Part shown: piece by piece, positions 1-7,943 of the stretch
Layout: each line of letters opens with the position of its first letter
Position numbering within the stretch: the first letter of the stretch is position 1
From: a virus
Taxonomy: Duplodnaviria > Heunggongvirae > Uroviricota > Caudoviricetes
Length of the DNA: 9,768 bases
Virus record (IMG/VR): IMGVR_UViG_2728369554_000006
Reading direction: 5' to 3' (one strand)
Position numbers and translations under genes: made by a program
The notes under the pieces: generated by a model
Databases searched by the model: none
Told to the model about the DNA's origin: nothing
What the model saw: the letters and a program-made list of their open reading frames with translations, nothing else

Positions 1-3000
1 ATCACGTCTGCAAACATCGACCGTCTGCGCTTTACCTTCGGTGTGCAGGCACTGGTGGAAACCACCTCAAAGGGGGACAGGAATCCGTCGGAAGTCCGTC
101 TGCTGGTTCAGATACAGCGTAATGGTGGCTGGGTGACGGAAAAAGACATCACCATTAAGGGCAAAACCACCTCGCAGTATCTGGCCTCGGTGGTGGTGGG
201 TAACCTGCCGCCGCGCCCGTTTAATATCCGGATGCGCAGAATGACGCCGGACAGCACTACAGACCAGCTGCAGAACAAAACGCTCTGGTCGTCATACACC
301 GAAATCATCGATGTGAAACAGGGCTACCCGAACACGGCACTGGTCGGTGTACAGGTGGACTCGGAGCAGTTCGGCAGCCAGCAGGTGAGTCGTAATTATC
401 ATCTTCGCGGGCGCATTCTGCAGGTGCCGTCGAACTATAACCCGCAGACGCGGCAATACAGCGGTATCTGGGACGGAACGTTAAAACCGGCATACAGCAA
501 CAACATGGCCTGGTGTCTGTGGGATATGCTGACCCATCCGCGCTACGGCATGGGGAAACGTCTTGGTGCGGCGGATGTGGATAAATGGGCGCTGTATGTC
601 ATCGGCCAGTACTGCGACCAGTCAGTGCCGGACGGCTTTGGCGGCACGGAGCCGCGCATCACCTGTAATGCGTACCTGACCACACAGCGTAAGGCGTGGG
701 ATGTGCTCAGCGATTTCTGCTCGGCGATGCGCTGTATGCCGGTATGGAACGGGCAGACGCTGACGTTCGTGCAGGACCGACCGTCGGATAAGGCGTGGAC
801 CTATAACCGCAGTAATGTGGTGATGCCGGATGATGGCGCGCCGTTCCGCTACAGCTTCAGCGCCCTGAAGGANNNNNNNNNNCAGTATCCGGATGCGCAG
901 GATGACGCCGGACAGCACCACAGACCAGCTGCAGAACAAAACGCTCTGGTCGTCATACACCGAAATCATCGATGTGAAACAGTGCTACCCGAACACGGCA
1001 CTGGTTGGCGTACAGGTGGATTCGGAGCAGTTCGGCAGCCAGCAGGTGAGCCGTAATTATCATCTTCGCGGGCGCATTCTGCAGGTGCCGTCGAACTATA
1101 ACCCGCAGACGCGGCAATACAGCGGTATCTGGGACGGAACGTTAAAACCGGCATACAGCAACAACATGGCCTGGTGTCTGTGGGATATGCTGACCCACCC
1201 GCGCTACGGCATGGGGAAACGTCTTGGTGCGGCAGATGTGGATAAATGGGCGCTGTATGTCATCGGCCAGTACTGCGACCAGTCAGTGCCGGACGGTTTT
1301 GGCGGCACGGAGCCGCGCATCACCTGTAATGCCTACCTGACCACGCAGCGTAAGGCGTGGGATGTGCTCAGTGATTTCTGCTCGGCGATGCGCTGTATGC
1401 CGGTATGGAACGGGCAGACGCTGACGTTCGTGCAGGACCGGCCGTCGGATAAGGTGTGGACCTATAACCGCAGTAATGTGGTGATGCCGGATGATGGCGC
1501 GCCGTTCCGCTACAGTTTCAGCGCCCTGAAGGACCGCCATAATGCCGTTGAGGTGAACTGGATTGACCCGGATAACGGCTGGGAAACGGCAACAGAGCTT
1601 GTGGAGGACACGCAGGCCATTGCCCGTTACGGTCGTAATGTCACGAAGATGGATGCCTTTGGCTGTACCAGTCGGGGGCAGGCGCACCGCGCCGGGCTGT
1701 GGCTGATTAAAACAGAACTGCTGGAAACGCAGACCGTGGACTTCAGCGTGGGTGCCGAAGGGCTTCGCCATGTACCGGGCGATGTCATTGAAATCTGCGA
1801 TGATGACTATGCCGGTATCAGCACCGGTGGTCGTGTGCTGGCGGTGAACAGCCAGACCCGGACGNNNNNNNNNNTACGAAGATGGATGCCTTTGGCTGTA
1901 CCAGCCGGGGGCAGGCACACCGCGCCGGGCTGTGGCTGATTAAAACAGAACTGCTGGAAACGCAGACCGTGGATTTCAGCGTCGGCGCAGAAGGGCTTCG
2001 CCATGTACCGGGCGATGTTATTGAAATCTGCGATGATGACTATGCCGGTATCAGCACCGGTGGTCGTGTGCTGGCGGTGAACAGCCAGACCCGGACGCTG
2101 ACGCTCGACCGTGAAATCACGCTGCCATCCTCCGGTACCACGCTGATAAGCCTGGTTGACGGAAGTGGCAATCCGGTCAGCGTGGAGGTTCAGTCCGTCA
2201 CCGACGGCGTGAAGGTAAAAGTGAGCCGTGTTCCTGACGGTGTTGCTGAATACAGCGTATGGGGGCTGAAGCTGCCGACGCTGCGCCAGCGACTGTTCCG
2301 CTGCGTGAGTATCCGTGAGAACGACGACGGCACGTATGCCATCACCGCCGTGCAGCATGTGCCGGAAAAAGAGGCCATCGTGGATAACGGGGCGCACTTT
2401 GACGGCGAACAGAGTGGCACGGTGAACGGTGTCACGCCGCCAGCGGTGCAGCACCTGACTGCCGAAGTCACTGCAGACAGCGGGGAGTATCAGGTGCTGG
2501 CTCGATGGGACACACCGAAGGTGGTGAAGGGCGTGAGCTTCCTGCTCCGTCTGACCGTAACAGCGGACGACGGCAGTGAGCGGCTGGTCAGCACGGCCCG
2601 GACGACGGAAACCACATACCGCTTCACGCAACTGGCGCTGGGGAACTACAGGCTGACAGTCCGGGCGGTAAATGCGTGGGGGCAGCAGGGCGATCCGGCG
2701 TCGGTATCGTTCCGGATTGCCGCACCGGCANNNNNNNNNNCCGCAGTGTGAACACCGTTGGCAAATCGGCATTTGTGGAGGCTGTTGGCCAGCCGAGTGA
2801 TGATGCATCCGGCTATCTGAATTTTTTCAAAGGAGAGATAGGGAAAACCCATCTGGCTCAGGAGTTGTGGACGCAGATTGATAACGGTCAGCTTGCGCCT
2901 GACCTGGCTGAAATCAGGACGTCCATTACGGGTGTCAGCAATGAAATCACGCAGACCGTCAATAAGAAACTGGAAGACCAGAGTGCAGCGATCCAGCAGA

Positions 3001-3854
3001 TACAGAAGGTTCAGGTTGATACAAATAATAACCTGAACAGCATGTGGGCTGTGAAGCTGCAGCAGATGCAGGACGGACGCCTTTATATCGCGGGTATTGG
3101 TGCCGGTATTGAAAACACCCCTGACGGCATGCAGAGTCAGGTGCTGCTGGCGGCAGACAGGATTGCGATGATTAATCCTGCGAATGGCAACACAAAGCCG
3201 ATGTTTGTTGGGCAGGGCGATCAGATATACATGAATGAAGTGTTCCTGAAATATCTGACGGCTCCCACCATTACCAGCGGCGGTAATCCTCCGGCCTTTT
3301 CCCTGACACCGGACGGGCGGCTGACGGCGAAAAATGCCGATATCAGCGGTAACGTGAACGCGAACTCCGGGACGCTCAACAACGTCACGATTAACGAGAA
3401 CTGTCGGGTTCTGGGAAAACTGTCCGCCAACCAGATTGAAGGCGATCTCGTTAAAACAGTGGGCAAAGCTTTCCCCCGGGACTCCCGTGCACCGGAGCGG
3501 TGGCCATCAGGAACCATTACCGTCAGGGTTTATGACGATCAGCCGTTTGACCGGCAAATTGTTATCCCAGCGGTGGCATTCAGTGGCGCTAAACATGAGC
3601 AAGATCATACTGATATCTACTCCTCATGCCGTCTGATAGTACGAAAAAACGGTGCTGAAATTTATAACCGAACGGCTCTGGATAATACGCTGATATATAC
3701 GGGTGTTATTGATATGCCTGCAGGCAGTGGTGTAATGACACTGGAATTTTCTGTATCGGCATGGCTGGTAAATGGCTGGTATCCCACAGCAAGTATCAGC
3801 GATTTGCTGGTTGTGGTGATGAAGAAAGCCACTGCAGGCATCACGATTAGCTGA
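1..3854 (+). CDS. J: Host-specificity / tail-tip protein J (lambda J-like), 5'-partial. Coding frame is broken by 10-N scaffold gaps at 873-882, 1865-1874 and 2731-2740. Coding segments are about 1-872, 884-1864, 1876-2730 and 2742-3854, with stop TGA at 3852-3854.
   Basis: Frame 1 from base 1 translates [44 protein letters not shown]..., which matches the lambda J protein as I remember it. Later segments continue the J sequence (…[33 protein letters not shown]…, …[16 protein letters not shown]…, …[21 protein letters not shown]…). The last ~150 aa diverge from lambda J. High-GC long ORF with antisense ORFs that look spurious. Confidence 0.9.
873..882. other. Assembly gap (10 N). Sequence after the gap re-starts about 660 bp back in J, so 883-1533 is a near-identical re-copy of 222-872.
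   Basis: Run of exactly 10 n; direct comparison of flanking sequence shows overlap with scattered single-base differences. Confidence 0.9.
1865..1874. other. Assembly gap (10 N). 1876-2097 re-copies 1643-1864 with a few mismatches.
   Basis: Run of exactly 10 n; flanking sequence is duplicated with single-base differences (for example gtcggggg/gccggggg, gtgggtgcc/gtcggcgca). Confidence 0.9.
2731..2740. other. Assembly gap (10 N) that hides roughly 75 codons of J, judged against remembered lambda J.
   Basis: The protein jumps from …[10 protein letters not shown] to RSVNTVGKS…; in lambda J these are separated by about 75 residues. Confidence 0.7.
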
Positions 3855-3872
3855 ATTTTATAACCCAGATAC

Positions 3873-3900
3873 GGGCGCCAGAAATGGCGCCTTTTTTATT
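3873..3900 (+). terminator. Rho-independent terminator downstream of J
   Basis: GGCGCC (3874-3879), loop agaaat, GGCGCC (3886-3891), followed immediately by TTTTTTATTT, 20 bp after the J stop codon. Confidence 0.65.
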
Positions 3901-3912
3901 TGTGGAGTGAAT

Positions 3913-5955
3913 ATGGCAGTACAGATTTCAGGTGTGCTGAAAGATGGTGCGGGAAAACCAATACAGAACTGCACTATTCAACTGAAGGCAAAGCGTAACA
4001 GCACCNNNNNNNNNNNNNNNNNNNNNNNNNNNNNNNNNNNNNNNNNNNNNNNNNNNNNNNNNNNNNNNNNNNNNNNNNNNNNNNNNNNNNNNNNNNNNNN
4101 NNNNNNNNNNNNNNNNNNNNNNNNNNNNNNNNNNNNNNNNNNNNNNNNNNNNNNNNNNNNNNNNNNCGCCATGACGGAAGATGATGTCATGCCGGAGGCA
4201 CTGCGCCGTTTTGAGCTGATGGTGAATGAAGTGGCACGTCATGCCGGAGCATCATCACAGAGCGCAGCGGCAGCAAAGAAATCCGAAACTGCAGCGGCAT
4301 CATCGAAGAACGCGGCGAAAACCTCAGAAACGAATGCAGCTAACAGCGCACAGGCGGCAGCGGCCTCGCAGACTGCATCGGCAAACTCCGCGACAGCAGC
4401 CAAAAAATCAGAAACCAGCGCGAAAAATAGCGAGACAGCCACAAAGGCCAGCGAAAAAAACGCAAAATCCAGCCAGACGGCAGCGAAAACCAGTGAGACG
4501 AATGCCAAAGACAGTGAAGCCAACGCAAAGGTGAGCGAAACAGCGGCGGCGAACTCGGCGAAAGCATCGGCAGCAAGCCAGACGGCAGCAAAAGCAAGTG
4601 AAGATGCTGCCAGAGAATACGCAAACCAGACAGCAGAGCCGTACAGATATGTTTTACAGCCGCTGCCGGATGTGTGGATACCCTTTAATGATTCGCTGGA
4701 TATGATTACGGGCTATTCTCCGGGTTATAAAAAAGTGAAGATTGGTGATAATGTGGTTCAGGTTGCCAGTGATAAACAGGTTAATTTCAGTCGCGCATCA
4801 ACGGCAACATATATCAACAAATCTGGCGAACTGAAAACGGCGGAAATTAATGAGCCGCGATTTGAGTGTGATGGCCTGCTTATTGAGGGACAAAGAACGA
4901 ACTACATGCTCAATTCGGAAAGTCCAGCCAGCTGGGGGAAGTCATCAAACATGGATGTGCCCGAAACCGGGACGGATAGTTTTGGTTTTACTTATGGAAA
5001 GTTTGTCTGCAACGATTCTCTGGTTGGGCAAACTTCGGCTATTAATATGGCATCAATTGCTGCAACAAAGTCAGTTGATGTCTCAGGCGATAACAAGTAC
5101 GTGACAACCTCATGCCGTTTTAAAACAGAACGACAGGTAAGGTTACGTATACGGTTTGATAAGTATGATGGTAGTGCAACAACTTTTCTTGGCGATGCGT
5201 ACATTGATACGCAAACGCTTGAAATTAATATGACAGGTGGTGCTGCCGGCAGAATTACGGCACGAGTCAGGAAGGATAAGACCACGGGCTGGATTTTTGC
5301 AGAGGCAACGATTCAGGCAATTGATGGTGAGTTAAAAATAGGCTCTCAGATACAGTATTCTCCTGAGCAGGGTGGGGCAACAGTATCTGGTGACTATATT
5401 TATCTTGCCACCCCACAAGTAGAGAATGGGCCGTGTGTATCATCATTTATTATTTCAGGAGGCAGCGCAACGACAAGAGCCAGTGATTTGGTTAGTATCC
5501 CCACCAGAAATAATCTTTATAAGTTACCATTTACTTTTTTACTTGAGATTCATAAAAACTGGGATATTGCACCAAACGCCGCACCCCGCGTGTGGGATAT
5601 AGCAGCAGCCAATACCGGGCAATCAGCAATTGCAGCAATCAACAGAGGTAGTGGTAAGTTATATATGAGTCTGTCAAACCCTTCAGGCTCGTATGTTAAT
5701 AGCGCAGCGACAGATGTATTTGCAGAGAAAACCACATTTGGATGTATTGCAAAAGCTGATGGTCACTTTCATGTGGTGACAAATGGTAAAGCGGTTAATG
5801 AAGTTTATTGTGAATATAATGGCGTGACCGCTGATAAAAATATCCGATTTGGAGGGCAGACGAATACTGGAGAACGACATCTGTTTGGCCATATTCGCAA
5901 TTTCCGCATATGGCATAAAGAATTAAATGACAGGCAATTAAAAGAGGTCGTATGA
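3913..5955 (+). CDS. stf: Side tail fibre protein (lambda Stf-like N-terminus, Ser/Ala/Thr repeat shaft, C-terminal LamG/concanavalin-like receptor-binding domain). N-terminal region is partly masked by Ns.
   Basis: ATG at 3913 is preceded by GGAG (3903-3906). N-terminus MAVQISGVLKDGAGKPIQNCTIQLKAKRNST and …AMTEDDVMPEALRRFELMVNEVAR resemble the lambda/O157 Stf N-terminus. The C-terminus …LFGHIRNFRIWHKELNDRQLKEV fits the typical ending of a LamG-like jelly-roll domain. The 681-aa ORF is in frame across the N run. Confidence 0.85.
   Translation: MAVQISGVLKDGAGKPIQNCTIQLKAKRNSTXXXXXXXXXXXXXXXXXXXXXXXXXXXXXXXXXXXXXXXXXXXXXXXXXXXXXXAMTEDDVMPEALRRFELMVNEVARHAGASSQSAAAAKKSETAAASSKNAAKTSETNAANSAQAAAASQTASANSATAAKKSETSAKNSETATKASEKNAKSSQTAAKTSETNAKDSEANAKVSETAAANSAKASAASQTAAKASEDAAREYANQTAEPYRYVLQPLPDVWIPFNDSLDMITGYSPGYKKVKIGDNVVQVASDKQVNFSRASTATYINKSGELKTAEINEPRFECDGLLIEGQRTNYMLNSESPASWGKSSNMDVPETGTDSFGFTYGKFVCNDSLVGQTSAINMASIAATKSVDVSGDNKYVTTSCRFKTERQVRLRIRFDKYDGSATTFLGDAYIDTQTLEINMTGGAAGRITARVRKDKTTGWIFAEATIQAIDGELKIGSQIQYSPEQGGATVSGDYIYLATPQVENGPCVSSFIISGGSATTRASDLVSIPTRNNLYKLPFTFLLEIHKNWDIAPNAAPRVWDIAAANTGQSAIAAINRGSGKLYMSLSNPSGSYVNSAATDVFAEKTTFGCIAKADGHFHVVTNGKAVNEVYCEYNGVTADKNIRFGGQTNTGERHLFGHIRNFRIWHKELNDRQLKEVV
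4006..4166. other. 161-nt N run (masked or unknown sequence) inside the stf 5' region; reading frame is preserved across it
   Basis: Contiguous n characters; the ORF continues in the same frame on both sides, suggesting 1:1 masking rather than a sized gap. Confidence 0.8.
4255..4615 (+). repeat. Tandem degenerate repeats encoding a Ser/Ala/Thr/Lys-rich fibre shaft (motifs such as AAKTSETNAK and AKKSETSAKNSETA)
   Basis: Reiterated gcagcgaaaaccagtgagacgaatgc-type units visible in the DNA; translated protein shows periodic K-x-SET-x-A motifs. Confidence 0.75.
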
Positions 5956-6230
5956 AAGATTTAACTTTGAAGTTTCATGACAAACTGCAGTTTAAGGCCT
6001 TCCTGTCATCTCTTGGCTGGGCGGAAGATGAAGACCTCCAGAATAAACTGTTAGTTGATGAAATTGGTTTCACCTACACAGAAACAGGGGTAACAGAAGA
6101 GGGAGAACCTGTCTGTATCCGGAATGATGGTTATTTTGTCAACATTCGCATTCTTGATGACTTGTTTGATGTTTCTGTATTCTCTGATTATGTCGTGGAG
6201 CTGGAAACACCGCTTCGGGAATGGAGCTGA
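5952..6230 (+). CDS. Hypothetical small acidic protein (92 aa), translationally coupled to stf
   Basis: ATG overlaps the stf stop (ATGA at 5952-5955); AGAGG lies 5 nt upstream; D/E-rich translation; ORF directly abuts the next gene. No family recognised. Confidence 0.6.
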   Translation: MKDLTLKFHDKLQFKAFLSSLGWAEDEDLQNKLLVDEIGFTYTETGVTEEGEPVCIRNDGYFVNIRILDDLFDVSVFSDYVVELETPLREWS

Positions 6231-6237
6231 AAGGAGG
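6231..6237 (+). promoter_or_regulatory. Shine-Dalgarno sequence (AAGGAGG) for the 97-aa ORF
   Basis: Perfect AAGGAGG with a 5-nt spacer to the ATG at 6243. Confidence 0.7.
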
Positions 6238-6242
6238 AAATA

Positions 6243-6536
6243 ATGGATATAAGCCCCTTACTTCATGCACTTTGTGCTGTGGCTGCGCAGATACTGGTTG
6301 GTCTTTTTACCGGAAACTGGGCTTACGGAGCGATAGCCGGTTGTACGTTCTTCATTGCGCGTGAACATACCCAGGCAGAATATCGCTGGATTGAAATGTT
6401 CGGGCATGGCAAGCGAATGAATATGCCGTGGTGGGGCGGTTTTGATCCGCGTGCTTGGGATGTGGCAAGCCTGATGGATTTTGCTGTGCCGGTGGTGGCG
6501 TGTCTGCTGGTCTGGCTGTTGGTTAATCGTGGGTGA
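6243..6536 (+). CDS. Hypothetical small integral membrane protein (97 aa, two predicted hydrophobic helices, Trp-rich loop)
   Basis: Strong SD; hydrophobic stretches LLHALCAVAAQILVGLFTGNWAYGAIAGCTFFIA and VASLMDFAVPVVACLLVWLLV separated by a polar loop (RMNMPWWGGFDPRAW). No family recognised. Confidence 0.65.
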   Translation: MDISPLLHALCAVAAQILVGLFTGNWAYGAIAGCTFFIAREHTQAEYRWIEMFGHGKRMNMPWWGGFDPRAWDVASLMDFAVPVVACLLVWLLVNRG

Positions 6537-6546
6537 AAAAAGGTGA

Positions 6547-6675
6547 GCTGTATATGCAACGGAGGAAGAAACCCCGTTGCTGGAAGCCAGGAAAAAGTAT
6601 CGGGTGTTGCTGAACCGGGTTGATACATCAACTGCACCTGATATTGAGTGGCCTGCTGTCCCTGTTATGGAGTAA
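6547..6675 (+). pseudogene. tfaD: 5'-truncated remnant of a tail fibre assembly gene (tfa C-terminal ~40 codons, no start codon)
   Basis: Translation [42 protein letters not shown] matches the conserved Tfa C-terminus (…[16 protein letters not shown]…). An in-frame stop lies immediately upstream (6544-6546) and there is no start codon. The symbol is tentative, taken from the position relative to ybcY in the K-12 DLP12 prophage as I remember it. Confidence 0.7.
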
Positions 6676-6729
6676 TCATTGGGATTATGCCGCAGCACGT
6701 CTTAAGCAAGAACGTGCTGTGGTTGGATG

Positions 6730-7386
6730 CTATTTTTTCCCTGAAGCGGAAAACATTACTACAGTACCTTGAACCTTGGTTTTAACATTCTCGAAATGCT
6801 CTGAGAGTATATGTGTTAAGCCTTCTTCGGAATCTTTTGTGTTTGAAAAGATGCCTTTCTGATTGTAAATGCGCATCAGTTTTTGACCGAAGCTATTGTG
6901 CACAACTCCATCGCCAAGAATTGTGGCTCCGTATAGAGTTCCATCGTCAGTTAAGGCCTGCGCCGCATTGCGTATTACACAGCTTTTTGTAGATATATTT
7001 CCAGGCAGGCAGTGAAGAAGGTAAAACATGGAAATGGAATCAAATTGACCATGTAACGCCGCGGGATAAGGTTCAAAAACATCATGGCTAATTTTATGTT
7101 TAATTTTTGATTCCCCTGCCCTTGTAGATGCCGCGTTCAGGCTAGCTTCGTTCAAATCCATTAAAGATATCAGACTACTCTCAGGTACGTGAGTAAGGTA
7201 AAACCCAGTTCCAACACCAATATCCAGATGGTTGTTACCTAAATGTTCCAGAAAGTGTGGAAGAAGGTGTTCCTTTGTAGGACATCCCCATGCAAGCCGA
7301 TTTGATACACCCAAAACCCACCAGTCATAAAGCTTTAGGGTAAGTGGTGTGTAAATTTTAGCCCCATCATCTGTGTTTTTTTTCAT
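6730..7386 (-). CDS. ybcY: Class I SAM-dependent methyltransferase (ybcY-like), apparently intact. A further in-frame ATG sits at 7396-7398.
   Basis: Motif I LDIGVGTGF, an acidic residue ending the next strand (SLMDLN), and a motif II-like FDSISMFYLLHCLP. GGTGA lies upstream of the MKKNTDDG start. Position and orientation between two tfa remnants match remembered ybcY in DLP12. No DPPY/NPPY motif, so it is probably not a DNA N6/N4 methyltransferase. Confidence 0.7.
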   Translation of the reverse strand: MKKNTDDGAKIYTPLTLKLYDWWVLGVSNRLAWGCPTKEHLLPHFLEHLGNNHLDIGVGTGFYLTHVPESSLISLMDLNEASLNAASTRAGESKIKHKISHDVFEPYPAALHGQFDSISMFYLLHCLPGNISTKSCVIRNAAQALTDDGTLYGATILGDGVVHNSFGQKLMRIYNQKGIFSNTKDSEEGLTHILSEHFENVKTKVQGTVVMFSASGKK

Positions 7387-7454
7387 TAATTTCACCATGT
7401 TATAGTTTTATTTATGAATTAAATCAATTATGGCGATGAATTACAAGGGGTTAA

Positions 7455-7760
7455 ATGCTGCCGCAGCATAGCGATATTGAAATAGCCTGGTATGCTTCGA
7501 TACAGCAGGAGCCGAATGGCTGGAAGACCGTCACCACACAGTTCTACATCCAGGAATTCAGTGAGTATATTGCGCCACTGCAGGATGCTGTAGATCTGGA
7601 AATCGCAACGGAGGAAGAAAGATCGTTGCTGGAGGCATGGAATAAATATCGGGTATTGTTGAATCGTGTTGATACATCAGTAGCTCTGGGTATGAAGCTG
7701 TTTGTAACTCATATTACAGTAACGGCCATTACTATATCGAAGGTGCAAAATGTATATTGA
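7455..7760 (+). pseudogene. tfaX: Truncated or chimeric tail fibre assembly protein fragment (tfaX-like, 101 codons)
   Basis: …[39 protein letters not shown] matches the Tfa C-terminal region, but the ORF then diverges ([14 protein letters not shown]…) and lacks the N-terminal half of a full Tfa of about 190 aa. Confidence 0.6.
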
Positions 7761-7889
7761 TTTGATATTTTATAAATTTGCTTCGAATCTGGCATGTCAA
7801 CTTTTGATTAAAGTAATATCAGTTTTCGGCGAAAAAAGGACCGTGTACATGAGACGATTTCATACAAGAATAACAAAAATATGAATATG

Positions 7890-7921
7890 CTCCCAATGCA
7901 ATATATGTTTTGCATTGGGAG
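7890..7921. terminator. Perfect 11-12 bp inverted repeat between the convergent tfaX-like ORF and the hydrolase gene; possible bidirectional terminator or regulatory hairpin
   Basis: ctcccaatgca (7890-7900), 10-nt AT loop, tgcattgggag (7911-7921). Flanks are AT-rich but the T-runs do not directly abut the stem on either strand. Confidence 0.35.
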
Positions 7922-7943
7922 CAAATAGCGGAATATTTTGAAG

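Noticed and set aside
1807-2808. 333-aa minus-strand ORF, with other antisense ORFs (108-308, 305-493, 622-969, 966-1154, 1283-1918, 2190-2471) overlapping J
   Set aside because: All are antisense to a strongly supported, conserved J reading frame in GC-rich DNA, where long spurious antisense ORFs are expected. Several span N gaps. Translations are low-complexity Arg/Pro/Ala-rich.
3221-3844. Small ORFs inside the J 3' region (3221-3517 minus, 3436-3636 plus, 3662-3844 minus)
   Set aside because: Alternative-frame or antisense ORFs within J with no RBS and no recognisable motifs.
4239-4523. 94-aa hydrophobic minus-strand ORF (membrane-protein-like)
   Set aside because: Antisense of the same repeat region; hydrophobicity is a compositional artefact (antisense of Ala/Ser codons gives Ala/Phe/Leu/Val).
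4226-4534. 102-aa extremely Arg/Gln/Lys-rich ORF on the plus strand (looks like a nucleic-acid-binding or protamine-like protein)
   Set aside because: It is the +1 frame of the stf Ser/Ala/Thr repeat shaft. GCA/GCG/AAA-rich repeats translate to R/Q/K in the shifted frame. No independent start context.
4850-5285. 84-aa plus-strand and 97-aa minus-strand ORFs inside stf, and a 77-aa minus-strand ORF at 5683-5916
   Set aside because: Embedded in or antisense to the stf coding frame, which has clear family motifs; no start signals.
6258-6698. 146-aa and 104-aa minus-strand ORFs opposite the 97-aa membrane ORF and the tfa remnant
   Set aside because: The plus-strand ORF has a perfect SD and a coherent membrane-protein profile, and the tfa remnant is a recognisable plus-strand homologue. 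The minus-strand translations are low-complexity and lack RBS.
6693-6719. 8-bp inverted repeat (cagcacgt…acgtgctg) between the tfa remnant and the methyltransferase 3' end
   Set aside because: Short stem with an 11-nt loop and no adjacent U-run on either strand; insufficient for a terminator call.
6760-6790. Sequence resembling a Hin/Gin/Pin-type invertase crossover site (…TTAAAACCAAGGTTCAAGG… on the minus strand, an AACC-nn-GGTT core), suggestive of an invertible tail-fibre segment
   Set aside because: Only one such site was found, it lies inside the methyltransferase coding sequence, no invertase gene (pin/gin/cin) is present in the window, and the two tfa remnants are in direct, not inverted, orientation. 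Probably coincidental.
7848-7883. 11-codon ORF (MRRFHTRITKI) in the intergenic region
   Set aside because: Too short, no SD, AT-rich DNA generates such ORFs by chance.
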